A stretch of DNA of 64,000 bases, taken from positions 62,001-126,000 of IMG/VR virus record IMGVR_UViG_3300029258_003221. One strand, given 5' to 3'. The position numbers and the translations under genes were made by a program. Below the pieces are notes generated by a model. It ran no database searches and was not told where the DNA came from. It saw nothing but the letters and a program-made list of their open reading frames with translations. This document shows, piece by piece, positions 38,081-48,616 of this stretch (its first letter is position 1; every line of letters begins with the position of its first letter).

Positions 38081-41000
38081 TATTTCCTCCTGCCGTCACC
38101 AGTCACATTTCCTTGTGAGTAAGCACCCGGTTGAAGCTCCCAGTTGCCCACTAGGTTACCACGAGCAATTCGTTTCAACATAGTTCTTTGTCGCAAAGGT
38201 GAACCAGCTTCTGGTGGATTGACTGAATTATTTGATCCACCAATTCCATCTGATCGAATTCCAACAAGTTCTTCTATGATTCTGTCAAGCTTTTCACTTT
38301 GTGTTCCTATCAGATAATCTGAAATAGAAGCCATGCTTGGCACAACAGACGTTTGGCCACTTTCAGAACCGTATTTTTCTCTTTCCATATATGTTTCGGC
38401 ATCATCTTGAGAATACATTGCTGGAGAAACAAAAGCAGATGCTTTCTCTTCGTAGTCCATTTGATTTGGAATGATTGCTGTTTGTTCTTTTTTCTTTTCT
38501 CCTCTTGCATCCAACATAGCTCTGGCTTGTGTGTCTAATGCTTTTGCAGCCTGTAATCCATCAAACAAACCTTCATTAGATAAACTCATCCTAGCTGCAA
38601 CTTCTGCACTGGCTGGAGCAACAGAATCTTCCTGTTGTTCTTTCAACATTCTTTCATAGTTGGCTTTGTCTTTGGGGGTAGCTGTTCCTGCATCTATCTT
38701 TCTCTTTAAGCCATGTAAGCCGATGTCGTATCCGAGATCTTTATGTTTGTCTTTGACCTTCTTGAGTTCTTCATCAACTTTACCCATGTTGCCCAACACA
38801 TAATCTTTAACATAAGTGTAAGCATTACCAATGCCTTCTCCAACTTTTTCACCAGCCCAACTAAATATGCCACTAAGATAAGTAAAGCCTTTTGTCAATT
38901 TACCATCTGGCCCAAGACCAATTGCTTCAGTTAGACTAAAGTTGTAAAGCCAATCCGGCACTTGCATGCCAGTCAATGTTTCAAAACCCCAAACTCCTAA
39001 ATCTTTCACAGCATCAACTAAATCTGTTGACAATCCAGCTACAGCTCCTGCAAAAAAGTTTGCACCTCTTGCTCCACCTTTTTGTGCTTCTGTCATTTCG
39101 TTCCAAGATTTACCATATACAGAAGCCATTCTATCAAGCTGCTCTGCATCTTGTGTAAAGCCTCTTGTTATACCTCCGAGAGCAGCAGCCAATGGACGAA
39201 TGGCTTTGCCTGCCATTTGACCCGCTGCCGCTAATTTTGAAAAACCTAAAGCTTTGCCTCCAATACCCGCCACATCCGTCATTACAGCACCAGTTAAAGC
39301 TGCACCTAAGCCAGCTTCCGCAGCACCAACAGCATTTTCTGCTGTTGTTGGTGCCGCAGCAGGTGGTCCATCTGTATAATTTCCTGCTGCCGTTGCTGCC
39401 GTACCACCTCCACCAGTAGCAAGAGCGGCAACGTCTCCTCCAAGACAACGACACAAATCTTCCCAGTTAACAACGAAAACTGGCGTTGCATCTCCTTCCA
39501 TTGGTAAATCATCGCCGCCACCACTAAACTTTGAGCTAAGCCAAGCTCCTGCTCCAGCAGCTAATCCTAATCCAGCAGCCAATGCACCAAATCGACCTCT
39601 TGCTCGTGGGGCTCTTCTGGGTGCCCTTGGTGCTCTTCTTGGTCCAGATCTACCTGTGGCTTGTCTCCATCTTCTTCTTCCCATTGTACCGGCTCTTCTT
39701 CGCCAGCCTCCACGAGCACGGCCAGCAGCACCAGCGGCACCTGCCCCTGCACCAGCACCTCCCAAGAAGCCACCGCCACCGCCACCGCCACCGCCACCAA
39801 ACATTCCACGAACAGCACCGATTGCTCTAAGTGCCGCAATTGCCGTTAGAATGGAAGCAAGTAAAGTTGCAGCCAATTCAACGCCTATCAAAATTTGCAA
39901 ACCTTTCTCAGTTAACCAAGCTCTAATTTGCGTGAGTATTTCATGGATTTTTCCATTCCATTTCTGTATTTCAAAAATAGCATCCGTTACAGGGTCTTCA
40001 GCTTTCTTTTCTGCTGTGGCCAATTGTTGCTGAATTTCCTGAAGTGCTATATTGGCAGCTTCATCTCCTTTTGACAAAGCATCTTTAAATTGATCAACGC
40101 TATCAAAACCTTTACCTTTCAACATGTCGGCAAAGCTTTCACCGGATTCTGTGGCTTTCTGAGAGAACAACTGAAGCATTGTGTCCAATTGACCTTCTAT
40201 GCCAGCTCCTCTAAATTGCTTTGCAAAATCTTCACCGTATTTTGCAGTCAGTTCTTTATCCCAAAGCTCCATAGATTTTTTAGTCATGCCTCCACCGTCT
40301 TTTACGATTTGAGACAAAGAACTAAATGAATCCATCAAAGCTGTTTCTTGATATTCTCTTAGACGTTTGTTGGCTTCTTTTGCAGCGTCCGTACCTCTTC
40401 CTTGAGCATCAAGTCCACCTGCTGCTTTTATTTCATCTTGAATTGCTTTTACATTTTCTTCGTAAGTTCTGGATGATGCTTGGAATCCTTGAATTACCCT
40501 TGCCATTTCACCCGGTTTCATTCCATAAAACTGACCAAACAAAGTATCAAGTCGAGCAGCTTTATCTCTATCTGCTGCATCACCTGCTCTCAACCTTTGA
40601 ATTAATGTATCAATGTTGGCAATATCAAATCCTCCTTTGATTCCATACTGCGATTCAATTACTTGATCTGTAAGACCCATGCTTGCAAACATCTTCTTCA
40701 TTTGATTTGCAGCATTGTCGGCAAACATTCTTGTGTCTTGTCTTGTGTCAAGCAATGTACCCTGATAAAGTTTTCTTTGTATGTCAGGATTAGTTGAACT
40801 ACCTGCAAGTAATGTCAATAACTTAATTGTTTTAGGGTCAGCAGAAAAGAATTCAGATCGACCTGACATGGCTTGAATTAATGGTGAAGCAGCATCTCCT
40901 ACTCCAAGTTTTTCCATAGATGCAGAAATAGCAATAAGGTTGTTGGCTGCTTCGGCTGTCAAGGCACCCGAGTCACGCATGAGTTTCAAATACTTTTCTG

Positions 41001-42210
41001 CATTTTTAACAGCATGCTCAAGAGCCTTACCTGTTACCCCAGTAGCTCTGGCGGTTTGTTGCATTCCACGACTTATTTTGCCAAGTTCAATGGCTGAAAG
41101 ACCTAATTCCAAATGCCAATCCATAAACATGTCACCCATAACCTCAGCATTCATGCTAAGTTGATGAGCGGTATGTAAAGCAGTAACAGCAATTGCTTTT
41201 TGTCTTTTGTGTCTTAACTTATATCTTCTATCTTCAAGCTCCTGCCTTTTCTGCATTGTTTTGGCATTTTTTAAATTTTCTTTATGCAAAAGTCTTTGAG
41301 CTTTAGTTTCTGCTTCAAAGCCTCTTTGCACATTTTTCATGTGCTGTTTTTCATATTCAGTAGCCCACAAACCAGTCATTTCTACTACGTCTGATAAATC
41401 TAACCATTCTTTTTCCATGGCTTTATTCAACTTGCCATGACCTTGAACTTCAAAAAGAGTGGCTCGTATATTTCGAACAAAAGTATCTGGACCTGTAATG
41501 GCATCTCGGAATATATCTGTGAAATTAATTCCTACTGCTGAACGTATTCCTCCTAGAAAATCACCTATCCAACTTAAAGCACTTGCGGCAAAAGCAGTTC
41601 CATAAGCACCCAGTGGGTTTCCTCCAGAAGGTGCACCACCCCCACCAGAACCTCCCATGCCTCTACCACCACCGCCACCTACTGGTGGCAATTTACTTCG
41701 TCCAGCAATTGGTGCAATTGGTGGTGCACTTACTTTTGTGTCTCTTGCACAACACTGTCTTACAATTGTTTCGTTTAACATTGTTGCCATTTGATGCATG
41801 GCTTTGTTGTCAAACTTAGACAGACCGACCCAAATGGTGTTTTTGCTTTTTGCTTCAGCAAGAAGTGTTGATGTTGAATCGGCAATTACTTTGAGAAGCT
41901 TACCTTCAACGCTTCCTGATTTGCCGCCACCTTTGACTTTTTGATTTTTGGATTTTCTTTTTCCTTCTATGTCTTTTTTAACATCAACGACTTTTTTGGT
42001 CCATTCTTTTGTGGATTTCAACATAGAATCCAAAGACATGTTTTCTATTTTATCGGACAATGCATCAACGCTGTCACGTATTTGAGCCATGGCATCAGTT
42101 TGCTGTGAATCTGAAACCTGCATGACAACATTGTTTGAGTTTGACAGCATTCCCTGAGAGAGAGCCTCAGCAGAAATGCCTTGTGATGATCTTCCGAATA
42201 GGTCTGCCAT
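38080..42210 (-). CDS. tail tape measure protein
   Basis: 1376-aa A/G-rich helical protein with hydrophobic segments in the canonical position. Confidence 0.85.
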   Translation of the reverse strand: MADLFGRSSQGISAEALSQGMLSNSNNVVMQVSDSQQTDAMAQIRDSVDALSDKIENMSLDSMLKSTKEWTKKVVDVKKDIEGKRKSKNQKVKGGGKSGSVEGKLLKVIADSTSTLLAEAKSKNTIWVGLSKFDNKAMHQMATMLNETIVRQCCARDTKVSAPPIAPIAGRSKLPPVGGGGGRGMGGSGGGGAPSGGNPLGAYGTAFAASALSWIGDFLGGIRSAVGINFTDIFRDAITGPDTFVRNIRATLFEVQGHGKLNKAMEKEWLDLSDVVEMTGLWATEYEKQHMKNVQRGFEAETKAQRLLHKENLKNAKTMQKRQELEDRRYKLRHKRQKAIAVTALHTAHQLSMNAEVMGDMFMDWHLELGLSAIELGKISRGMQQTARATGVTGKALEHAVKNAEKYLKLMRDSGALTAEAANNLIAISASMEKLGVGDAASPLIQAMSGRSEFFSADPKTIKLLTLLAGSSTNPDIQRKLYQGTLLDTRQDTRMFADNAANQMKKMFASMGLTDQVIESQYGIKGGFDIANIDTLIQRLRAGDAADRDKAARLDTLFGQFYGMKPGEMARVIQGFQASSRTYEENVKAIQDEIKAAGGLDAQGRGTDAAKEANKRLREYQETALMDSFSSLSQIVKDGGGMTKKSMELWDKELTAKYGEDFAKQFRGAGIEGQLDTMLQLFSQKATESGESFADMLKGKGFDSVDQFKDALSKGDEAANIALQEIQQQLATAEKKAEDPVTDAIFEIQKWNGKIHEILTQIRAWLTEKGLQILIGVELAATLLASILTAIAALRAIGAVRGMFGGGGGGGGGGFLGGAGAGAGAAGAAGRARGGWRRRAGTMGRRRWRQATGRSGPRRAPRAPRRAPRARGRFGALAAGLGLAAGAGAWLSSKFSGGGDDLPMEGDATPVFVVNWEDLCRCLGGDVAALATGGGGTAATAAGNYTDGPPAAAPTTAENAVGAAEAGLGAALTGAVMTDVAGIGGKALGFSKLAAAGQMAGKAIRPLAAALGGITRGFTQDAEQLDRMASVYGKSWNEMTEAQKGGARGANFFAGAVAGLSTDLVDAVKDLGVWGFETLTGMQVPDWLYNFSLTEAIGLGPDGKLTKGFTYLSGIFSWAGEKVGEGIGNAYTYVKDYVLGNMGKVDEELKKVKDKHKDLGYDIGLHGLKRKIDAGTATPKDKANYERMLKEQQEDSVAPASAEVAARMSLSNEGLFDGLQAAKALDTQARAMLDARGEKKKEQTAIIPNQMDYEEKASAFVSPAMYSQDDAETYMEREKYGSESGQTSVVPSMASISDYLIGTQSEKLDRIIEELVGIRSDGIGGSNNSVNPPEAGSPLRQRTMLKRIARGNLVGNWELQPGAYSQGNVTGDGRRK

Positions 42211-42839
42211 TATTCTATGCTATTTGAATTTGGTTGTATTAAATTTCGATCCACTCCTCCCTGAATGATATCTTGGGCACCTTGGACCTTTCTGTCCAAA
42301 CTTATCTGTTGCCCTTTAAGCAAAGCATTTCTGAAATCTTCATAAGAAGTAAGTTCTTCAGCTTTAGCTTGTAATCTTGATTGTATTTGTGCTCGTATTT
42401 GATCTTGTAATTTTTGTAGTTCACTTTCAGAAAAGGATCGGACAGCTCCCATGACCTGAAGCAACCAATCACAATCCATTCTTTTTACTCGTCGCATACC
42501 CATTCGATTATACATTCGAAAAGATCCGGCAACGTACTTGTCAGACTTGATACTAGAGTAGGAAAAACCTGTATTATCACAATGTGCTTGTAATAATCTT
42601 TTGATGAATGGAAATGTCAAATAGTGTAAATTGACGCCACGAACAAAAGTTGGCCAAATATCAGTGACAATTACCATAGGGTAAGGATCATGTATGATGT
42701 TTGGTGTTCGCTTGGCATAAGAAATAGGATAATTAAAAGCAATTAAAGAACCACGTGCAATTTTCTTAACACTTGGCCCATATTGATTGGCAGCAAGTTG
42801 GTTTACAGGATCAAAATCTTTGAACAAACCTTCTGCCAT
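42210..42839 (-). CDS. DNA end protector (T4 gp2-like)
   Basis: DPYPMVIV..RGVNLHYL motif. Confidence 0.7.
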   Translation of the reverse strand: MAEGLFKDFDPVNQLAANQYGPSVKKIARGSLIAFNYPISYAKRTPNIIHDPYPMVIVTDIWPTFVRGVNLHYLTFPFIKRLLQAHCDNTGFSYSSIKSDKYVAGSFRMYNRMGMRRVKRMDCDWLLQVMGAVRSFSESELQKLQDQIRAQIQSRLQAKAEELTSYEDFRNALLKGQQISLDRKVQGAQDIIQGGVDRNLIQPNSNSIE

Positions 42840-42854
42840 GCCTTTCCTTATTTT

Positions 42855-43361
42855 TTATGATTTGCTATGAACAAGTGAGCTGTAATCAGTCCCTGTTGTT
42901 CTCACCAGAACATTACCAGCGTGCTCAGGATCACCTTCAACAGTTGCTTTTCTTTCGTCTCGTTCAGCATCAATACTTTTCTCAAAGAATTTTTTGACTT
43001 CCTTGCCAACCATTTCTATGACTCTTTCACCAGCTTTTTTCTGATCTACATTTTCATCGCTGAGAAGGTCATGAAACATTTCTTCGACATTTAAAGGATA
43101 TGCTGTGCCATAAGGGTGGGTTTGGCTTTCTTTCTGAATACGAAAGGCGAGACGATCTCCAACTCTATATATGCGGATGCCGTCAAAACTCGCTCCTCCC
43201 ATTGGGTTAAGACAAAAAATGTAAGGATCATCTTTTTCATCTGTTTCAAGATGACTCTCTACTTTCATTCCATTGCGTTCAAAAAGTTTCTTCAACAAAC
43301 CTAGTTGTTTCAAAGTATCTCTTTGTTTCTTGTCTATGAAATCTCCAAATGTTTTACGCAT
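42855..43361 (-). CDS. hypothetical protein
   Basis: GAGG RBS; starts MRKTFGDFID. Confidence 0.7.
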   Translation of the reverse strand: MRKTFGDFIDKKQRDTLKQLGLLKKLFERNGMKVESHLETDEKDDPYIFCLNPMGGASFDGIRIYRVGDRLAFRIQKESQTHPYGTAYPLNVEEMFHDLLSDENVDQKKAGERVIEMVGKEVKKFFEKSIDAERDERKATVEGDPEHAGNVLVRTTGTDYSSLVHSKS

Positions 43362-43368
43362 TATTACC

Positions 43369-44664
43369 TCAGCAGTTTCTCATAATCATTTCAGGAGTTG
43401 ATGGGACACACCGTTTGATTCTCAAAAGATCAGTTGGGTTTCCATTGTATGGAGCTTCTTGAACAATCATTCCCTGTAAAGACATAGATGCCTCTTTGAT
43501 CAAAGACAATTGTGCTGAAAGATACAATACGCCATCTCTATGATCGATAAATTCCAGTTCTTCTGTGTTTGGTCTCCCTTCAATGTCAATTTCCCCATCT
43601 TCCTTGACATAATAAATACTCATATTAGGAATTGGAATGATTGAACCCTGTTCATCAATAAATGCCTCTTTGGCATCTGAGTTTTTAGATCGAACAACCA
43701 ATTTTCCATCTAAGTAAGCACTTTTGAGAGATGTCCCTAAATCCCAACCCAGATGTTGAACTGTACCATCACTTCCAACAACATTAATGATGAAGGCTCT
43801 TTCTCTGAAGTGTTCAGCAATTGATTCAATCACAACACGCCTGCGAAGAACATCTTTTTCTTCAGGGCTTCCATTTTCCAAACGTTCGAGTTCAGCTTCT
43901 TTGAGATACCGTTCAGGATCATCTTCTTTCAAAAACCAACGTCCCAAATTAACATCGCCCCACTTAGACAAAAATCTAGTAGACATTCGGATGGAATAAT
44001 CAGACTCTTCAAATACAAGGTCTTCATTAACGCCACCACTACCGACTTGAACAGAACCTGTTAAAGCTCCAATGAACTTTCTGTGTTGATCCATTTTGCC
44101 GCCACCCAAGCCGGAAATTTTGATGAAAACATCATTCATCATTGGGTTTTGTTCTAAGACCTGAACAATGTGAGCCAATACAGATGTTGCTGGATTGGTT
44201 CTGTCCAAATCTTTTTTGATCAATTTTCGAATTTCATTTGATGATTGAAACACATTTGAGTTTTGTCTCACAAAGTTAATTTGAAGATTGTCTTCAACAA
44301 ACTTGCGAGGATTTGGCTCTAAATCACGATCTCGAATTTCTCCAATCATAGAGATCAACTTTTCCGGGTCTCCTTTGATTGATTCCTGAATGTATTTGAC
44401 TTTCCAGATTTCGAAATCATCTTCCTCGTTTTCTTCGGGCATGTCCGGGTATTGAGGATCATCTGTAATATCATCAAGTCCCTGTTGGTCAACAGACATT
44501 TGATTTGGATCTGGTGGCATAGCCGATTGATCTCCCGTGCCCATTGGGTCACCGGGACCACCCGGTTGACTCATAGGCGGTCCACCAGCACCCATGTCTG
44601 GTTGACCACCAGCAGGTGGGATGTCAAATTCAACTAGCCAATCTTCAAGGTTTCTATTTCCCAT
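43369..44664 (-). CDS. hypothetical morphogenesis-region protein with P/G/M/Q-rich N-terminus
   Basis: 431-aa operonic ORF. Confidence 0.7.
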   Translation of the reverse strand: MGNRNLEDWLVEFDIPPAGGQPDMGAGGPPMSQPGGPGDPMGTGDQSAMPPDPNQMSVDQQGLDDITDDPQYPDMPEENEEDDFEIWKVKYIQESIKGDPEKLISMIGEIRDRDLEPNPRKFVEDNLQINFVRQNSNVFQSSNEIRKLIKKDLDRTNPATSVLAHIVQVLEQNPMMNDVFIKISGLGGGKMDQHRKFIGALTGSVQVGSGGVNEDLVFEESDYSIRMSTRFLSKWGDVNLGRWFLKEDDPERYLKEAELERLENGSPEEKDVLRRRVVIESIAEHFRERAFIINVVGSDGTVQHLGWDLGTSLKSAYLDGKLVVRSKNSDAKEAFIDEQGSIIPIPNMSIYYVKEDGEIDIEGRPNTEELEFIDHRDGVLYLSAQLSLIKEASMSLQGMIVQEAPYNGNPTDLLRIKRCVPSTPEMIMRNC

Positions 44665-45181
44665 TGTTTTTCGCCTTTTCCTCCAACTGCTTCAAAAAAT
44701 CCCTTTTGCCGCTGCCATCAAATACAATTTTGTTGTTCTGCTGGGATGCTAGGTATCTAGGGAATGTATCTCGTTCCTTCAACTTGATGCGTGTCATTAA
44801 ATCAGCGATCTTGGTCATTTTGTCAGAGATGTCTGATTTAACCTTCATAAGATTCACAATTGCTTCTTTGCTCGCAGATGAACTTTCTCCGTCATTTAAC
44901 ACCATGTTGACAAAATTCGCCAAAAGATCATCTGATTGTTCTCTGTCATTACGAGCGTTTTCTAATATCTCTTCATAGAGACCTACGAGTACTTCATCTC
45001 CTACAATACACTCCTGAGTATCGTCAGGAGCACATTTCACTTCCATTTTTGGAACAAGATCTTCAATCTCAATGTCTATTTCCTCAGCAGTTTCTGCTGT
45101 GTCTTCAATTTCAGGATTGACTTCTTCTTGTTCCTCATTTGGAACATTTACATCTTCTGGATTGTTCTTTTCTTCTGTCAT
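44654..45181 (-). CDS. acidic helical protein (possibly terminase small subunit-like)
   Basis: CATATATA 5 nt upstream; helical core; function is a guess. Confidence 0.55.
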   Translation of the reverse strand: MTEEKNNPEDVNVPNEEQEEVNPEIEDTAETAEEIDIEIEDLVPKMEVKCAPDDTQECIVGDEVLVGLYEEILENARNDREQSDDLLANFVNMVLNDGESSSASKEAIVNLMKVKSDISDKMTKIADLMTRIKLKERDTFPRYLASQQNNKIVFDGSGKRDFLKQLEEKAKNNGK

Positions 45182-45225
45182 GATGGTATATATGAGTGAA
45201 AGCCCGGAATAATAAGGAATAGAGC

Positions 45226-45615
45226 ATGGGAGAAGATCTTTCAGTACAAATACTATCTCAGACTTCTGACAACATCCAAAAGTTATTCGATCTTAGTACT
45301 CGAATTGACGAACGGGTGAAATCCATGCAGAACAAACAGCGGGATTTAAACACTAGAATAGACAATATTGTGAATGCTCATAATGAATTGATGCAATCAG
45401 TTGCTGTTCTTAAATCCAGTGCAAATACTGTCAGTATAGAAGAGTGCAAAAGGCAAATTGTGGATTTGGATAAAAGGCTGTCCAGTGTTGAGCAAAAGTC
45501 TGAAGGTATGGAAAATAGATGGACAAGTATCTTTAAGTTCATCGTTCAGATTATTTGGCTCGTTGTTGGAGCTTGGATATTGTTCAAATTAGGGCTCACA
45601 CCTCCTCCATTGTAA
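45226..45615 (+). CDS. coiled-coil protein with C-terminal transmembrane helix (holin/XhlA-like)
   Basis: Heptads followed by FIVQIIWLVVGAWILF. Confidence 0.6.
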   Translation: MGEDLSVQILSQTSDNIQKLFDLSTRIDERVKSMQNKQRDLNTRIDNIVNAHNELMQSVAVLKSSANTVSIEECKRQIVDLDKRLSSVEQKSEGMENRWTSIFKFIVQIIWLVVGAWILFKLGLTPPPL

Positions 45616-45682
45616 GCTTTTTGTTTCTTAATTATTCAAGACTATTGCTATAGATATAGGCAAGCTAATAGTGGAGATGCAA

Positions 45683-47137
45683 ATGAAAAAGTTTCATGAA
45701 TACATTGAACTCAAAGAAGCAACTGAGGAAAAGAAGTCATCTGGACCTGATCCTTTGAATGCAAAAATAACACTTGGTGATGGCAATGACTATGAGCCAT
45801 TTACAGTAAGTGATGATCCAAATAGTGAAAACTACGGAAAAAACAGAGGTCTTGCCCCAATTATTCGTGCTTTCAAAAAGGGCGGAAACTGGGGTTGGAG
45901 CAAGGATGACAAAACTGGAGAAGACAAACCAGTTAAAATCAGCGGTAAGAAGCTTTACCTGACAGGCGGTGCTGTTCGTGACCACCTTGCAGGCAAGACT
46001 CCCAGAAACATAGAACTCGCCACTAACGCATCTCCTGACGAGGTCTATCATATTCTGAAACAAAACAACTTCACGTTCTCAGATGGTGAAACTAAAGGCA
46101 AGAAAACAAACCAGTTCTCTGTAAAGTCAAAAGATCCAAATGGAAGACCATTTGCATTTGAAATTAATGTTGGTGATGACACATATGAACTGGAAATCTT
46201 CACCAAAACTCCAAAAGGAAGCGAAGAGCCAGAACCCGGCACACAATCGGATGATGCCGCAGGTCGTGATTTCACCATGAATGCTATGTCGATTCTTCTG
46301 TCAACTGACAATGGTGACAACAAAGAACTTCATGATTTCTATGGTGGTATGCACCATTTAGCCAATGGTAAAGTTCAAACGATTGGTGATATGGAAACCA
46401 GTTTTTCTGATGATCCAAAGCGAATGCTGAGATTCGGTAGAATGGTTTCTGGATATGGCGATCCAGCGAAAATTACTGATGATGAAAAAGCAACTGTTCA
46501 AAAACTTGCTTCTTTGATTTCAAAACTTGATCCAAATGATGTTATGGATGATTTTGATAAAGGCATGAAAAAAGATGATTGTGATCCTCGTAAACACCTT
46601 CAGATTTTTGGTGACCTTGGACTTTTAGGTGCAATTTTCCCGGATATGTCCGTAGATGAATCTTTCCCCAAAGAACTCACAGAACTTGGTGACAGAAACA
46701 TGGCTCTTGCTTGGATGTTGCGACACAACCACCCAGCAAGACTTAATGAAATTGGACTCGGTCCAGATGATGAAAAGATTGCTTTCTTGGTTCGCTCTTT
46801 GAATCTTGGGTTGGGACTTGATGAACATATGCTCGATCAGGCAACCACAAGCTTCACTCGATCAGGTGTGTCAGCCAGAAAATTAAAGAAATGGCTGACT
46901 GTTATGGGCAAAGTTGATGAAGGAACAGTCGATGCATTTTTGAAGCATGCTACTTCACCACGAGTCAAAGTTTATGTAATGAAGGATGATGGCTCAGAGG
47001 GTGTTCGAGAAGAGTTTGAAGATCTGTTTGATCCATTCACGGGACAACCGACTAACCATCAAATGCTTGAAAACCGCAAACGTGAAATGGAGTACAAGAA
47101 CTATCTGAAACACGTTGAGTTCTGTAAACCTGCTTAG
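45683..47137 (+). CDS. class II tRNA nucleotidyltransferase (CCA/polyA) homolog with altered catalytic residues
   Basis: YLTGGAVRD, RDFTMNA, DFYGG, DDPKRMLR; the DxD motif reads NIE. Confidence 0.85.
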   Translation: MKKFHEYIELKEATEEKKSSGPDPLNAKITLGDGNDYEPFTVSDDPNSENYGKNRGLAPIIRAFKKGGNWGWSKDDKTGEDKPVKISGKKLYLTGGAVRDHLAGKTPRNIELATNASPDEVYHILKQNNFTFSDGETKGKKTNQFSVKSKDPNGRPFAFEINVGDDTYELEIFTKTPKGSEEPEPGTQSDDAAGRDFTMNAMSILLSTDNGDNKELHDFYGGMHHLANGKVQTIGDMETSFSDDPKRMLRFGRMVSGYGDPAKITDDEKATVQKLASLISKLDPNDVMDDFDKGMKKDDCDPRKHLQIFGDLGLLGAIFPDMSVDESFPKELTELGDRNMALAWMLRHNHPARLNEIGLGPDDEKIAFLVRSLNLGLGLDEHMLDQATTSFTRSGVSARKLKKWLTVMGKVDEGTVDAFLKHATSPRVKVYVMKDDGSEGVREEFEDLFDPFTGQPTNHQMLENRKREMEYKNYLKHVEFCKPA

Positions 47138-47145
47138 GAGAATTG

Positions 47146-47445
47146 ATGAAAACATTTGAACAATGGTTTGAATCAAAACAACGACAATATGAAAGCAAGC
47201 CTTTTCAAAACTTGCGACATTTTTATGGCTTCATGGAAAAATTCTTTCCTGATCTTGATGCAAAAAGCATTGATTTTCATAGGAATCTGCCTGATTTAGA
47301 ACACATGCACGGAGTGTTGAATGGTCCCTTTGGTAGAAAGTGGATCAATTCTGCTCGAAATAAACTGTTTGGAATGGGAGCACGACAGAAAGTAACAGGT
47401 GCCAATGTAGGAAACATAGAATTAGGGCCGAAAGTAATACGATAA
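47146..47445 (+). CDS. small protein with capsid-targeting-like N-terminus
   Basis: Starts MKTFEQWFES; AGGAG RBS. Confidence 0.7.
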   Translation: MKTFEQWFESKQRQYESKPFQNLRHFYGFMEKFFPDLDAKSIDFHRNLPDLEHMHGVLNGPFGRKWINSARNKLFGMGARQKVTGANVGNIELGPKVIR

Positions 47446-47457
47446 AAATCTCAGTCT

Positions 47458-47940
47458 ATGAATTTTAAGAAATGGATAGAATCTGTTTGGTATCACGGCA
47501 CGCAGAGTGGAAATGAAATTCGCCAGTCTGGTCAAATTGATATTTCAACTTCTGGTGGCGGGCAACGTGGTTTAAAAGGCGTTTGGCTCACAAGAGATCC
47601 ATCTTACGCTAATCTTTACGCCAAAGCATCAAGAGAAAATCCCAGACAACCTGAAATTTTACAAGTTGAAGTTCCCGACAACCTCAACATTGCCGATTTT
47701 TATGCTATTCAAAATTCTCTTGGCATAAATGATGCAGAAAGAGCTATGTGGAAATTTGTCGGGTTTGATGTTGATGATTTTGCATCCATGCAACCTGTGC
47801 GTGATATGCAGCCATTTGCTATGACTAAATTACTTCAACAACAAGGGTATGATGGGGCTTTAATTCCAAATACCATACAAAAAGGCGGGGAACCTGAATT
47901 GGTTATTTTTAACCCCGGAAATGTTCGATTGATTGCATAA
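47458..47940 (+). CDS. ADP-ribosyltransferase-like protein (ART-PolyVal type)
   Basis: WYHGT, GVWLT..YA..YA, GYDG, ELVIFNP; starts MNFKKWIES. Confidence 0.7.
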   Translation: MNFKKWIESVWYHGTQSGNEIRQSGQIDISTSGGGQRGLKGVWLTRDPSYANLYAKASRENPRQPEILQVEVPDNLNIADFYAIQNSLGINDAERAMWKFVGFDVDDFASMQPVRDMQPFAMTKLLQQQGYDGALIPNTIQKGGEPELVIFNPGNVRLIA

Positions 47941-47972
47941 AAAAAACCTCGATAAGAAAACTTATCGAGGTT
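47939..47972 (-). terminator. intrinsic terminator between convergent genes
   Basis: Perfect 12-bp stem AACCTCGATAAG/CTTATCGAGGTT with adjacent A/T tract. Confidence 0.8.
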
Positions 47973-47992
47973 ACGATTCTTGCCACAAAAGC

Positions 47993-48418
47993 TTAGCGGA
48001 CAGGTGCTGGAGCTTCGTTGATGTTTGCTTCGGCTGGTTCACTTGCCGGTGCTGGTGCCACTTTCACTGCATTAACAGATTCACTGACTGGTCCAGCAAC
48101 AGATTCTCTGACTGGAGCAGGGGCAGATTCTCTAACTACAGTGTTAGATTTCACAGTTTCTGTTGATCCCGCTGGTGGAAAACAAATTCCATTCTTGCAG
48201 TTCGGTCGAACAACAGGTTTTGACTGGATGACACGTGAGCTTATCACACGTGGCTGGTGATAAATGATTCTGGATGGCTGACACCTGTAATAGGTGCGAC
48301 AGCTATTGTATGTGTAGCAACTGTTAGATCGATAACAGGAGCTAGGACAATTTCCAGCTTCAGCGAACGAAGGCAGCGCAAACAACATCGCTGCCGCCAT
48401 GGTAATTCCAAATTTCAT
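47993..48418 (-). CDS. secreted Cys/Pro/Ala-rich small protein
   Basis: GGAGG RBS, signal peptide ending AEA, CKNGIC motif. Confidence 0.7.
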   Translation of the reverse strand: MKFGITMAAAMLFALPSFAEAGNCPSSCYRSNSCYTYNSCRTYYRCQPSRIIYHQPRVISSRVIQSKPVVRPNCKNGICFPPAGSTETVKSNTVVRESAPAPVRESVAGPVSESVNAVKVAPAPASEPAEANINEAPAPVR

Positions 48419-48616
48419 GTTTTCCTCCGTGGGAGTTTTTGACAAAGAGCCTTTTGCTCTCAACTGTAGTTAGTGGTTCTTAAACAAGAAACCACACGTC
48501 AGTTCAATTTAGTTTGTCCTTTGAGGCACGACAACCCTTCAGCATTGAAATTTTTGATTTATCTGGTAACTTACTCTAAAGAAGATGTGTCTTTAAAAGA
48601 CAATCAGGAGAACACA

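Noticed and set aside
27902-42210. Bacterial extracellular contractile injection system (eCIS) or tailocin locus
   Set aside because: Primase, gp2-like DNA end protector, homing endonucleases, tRNA and dense small ORFs indicate a lytic phage genome
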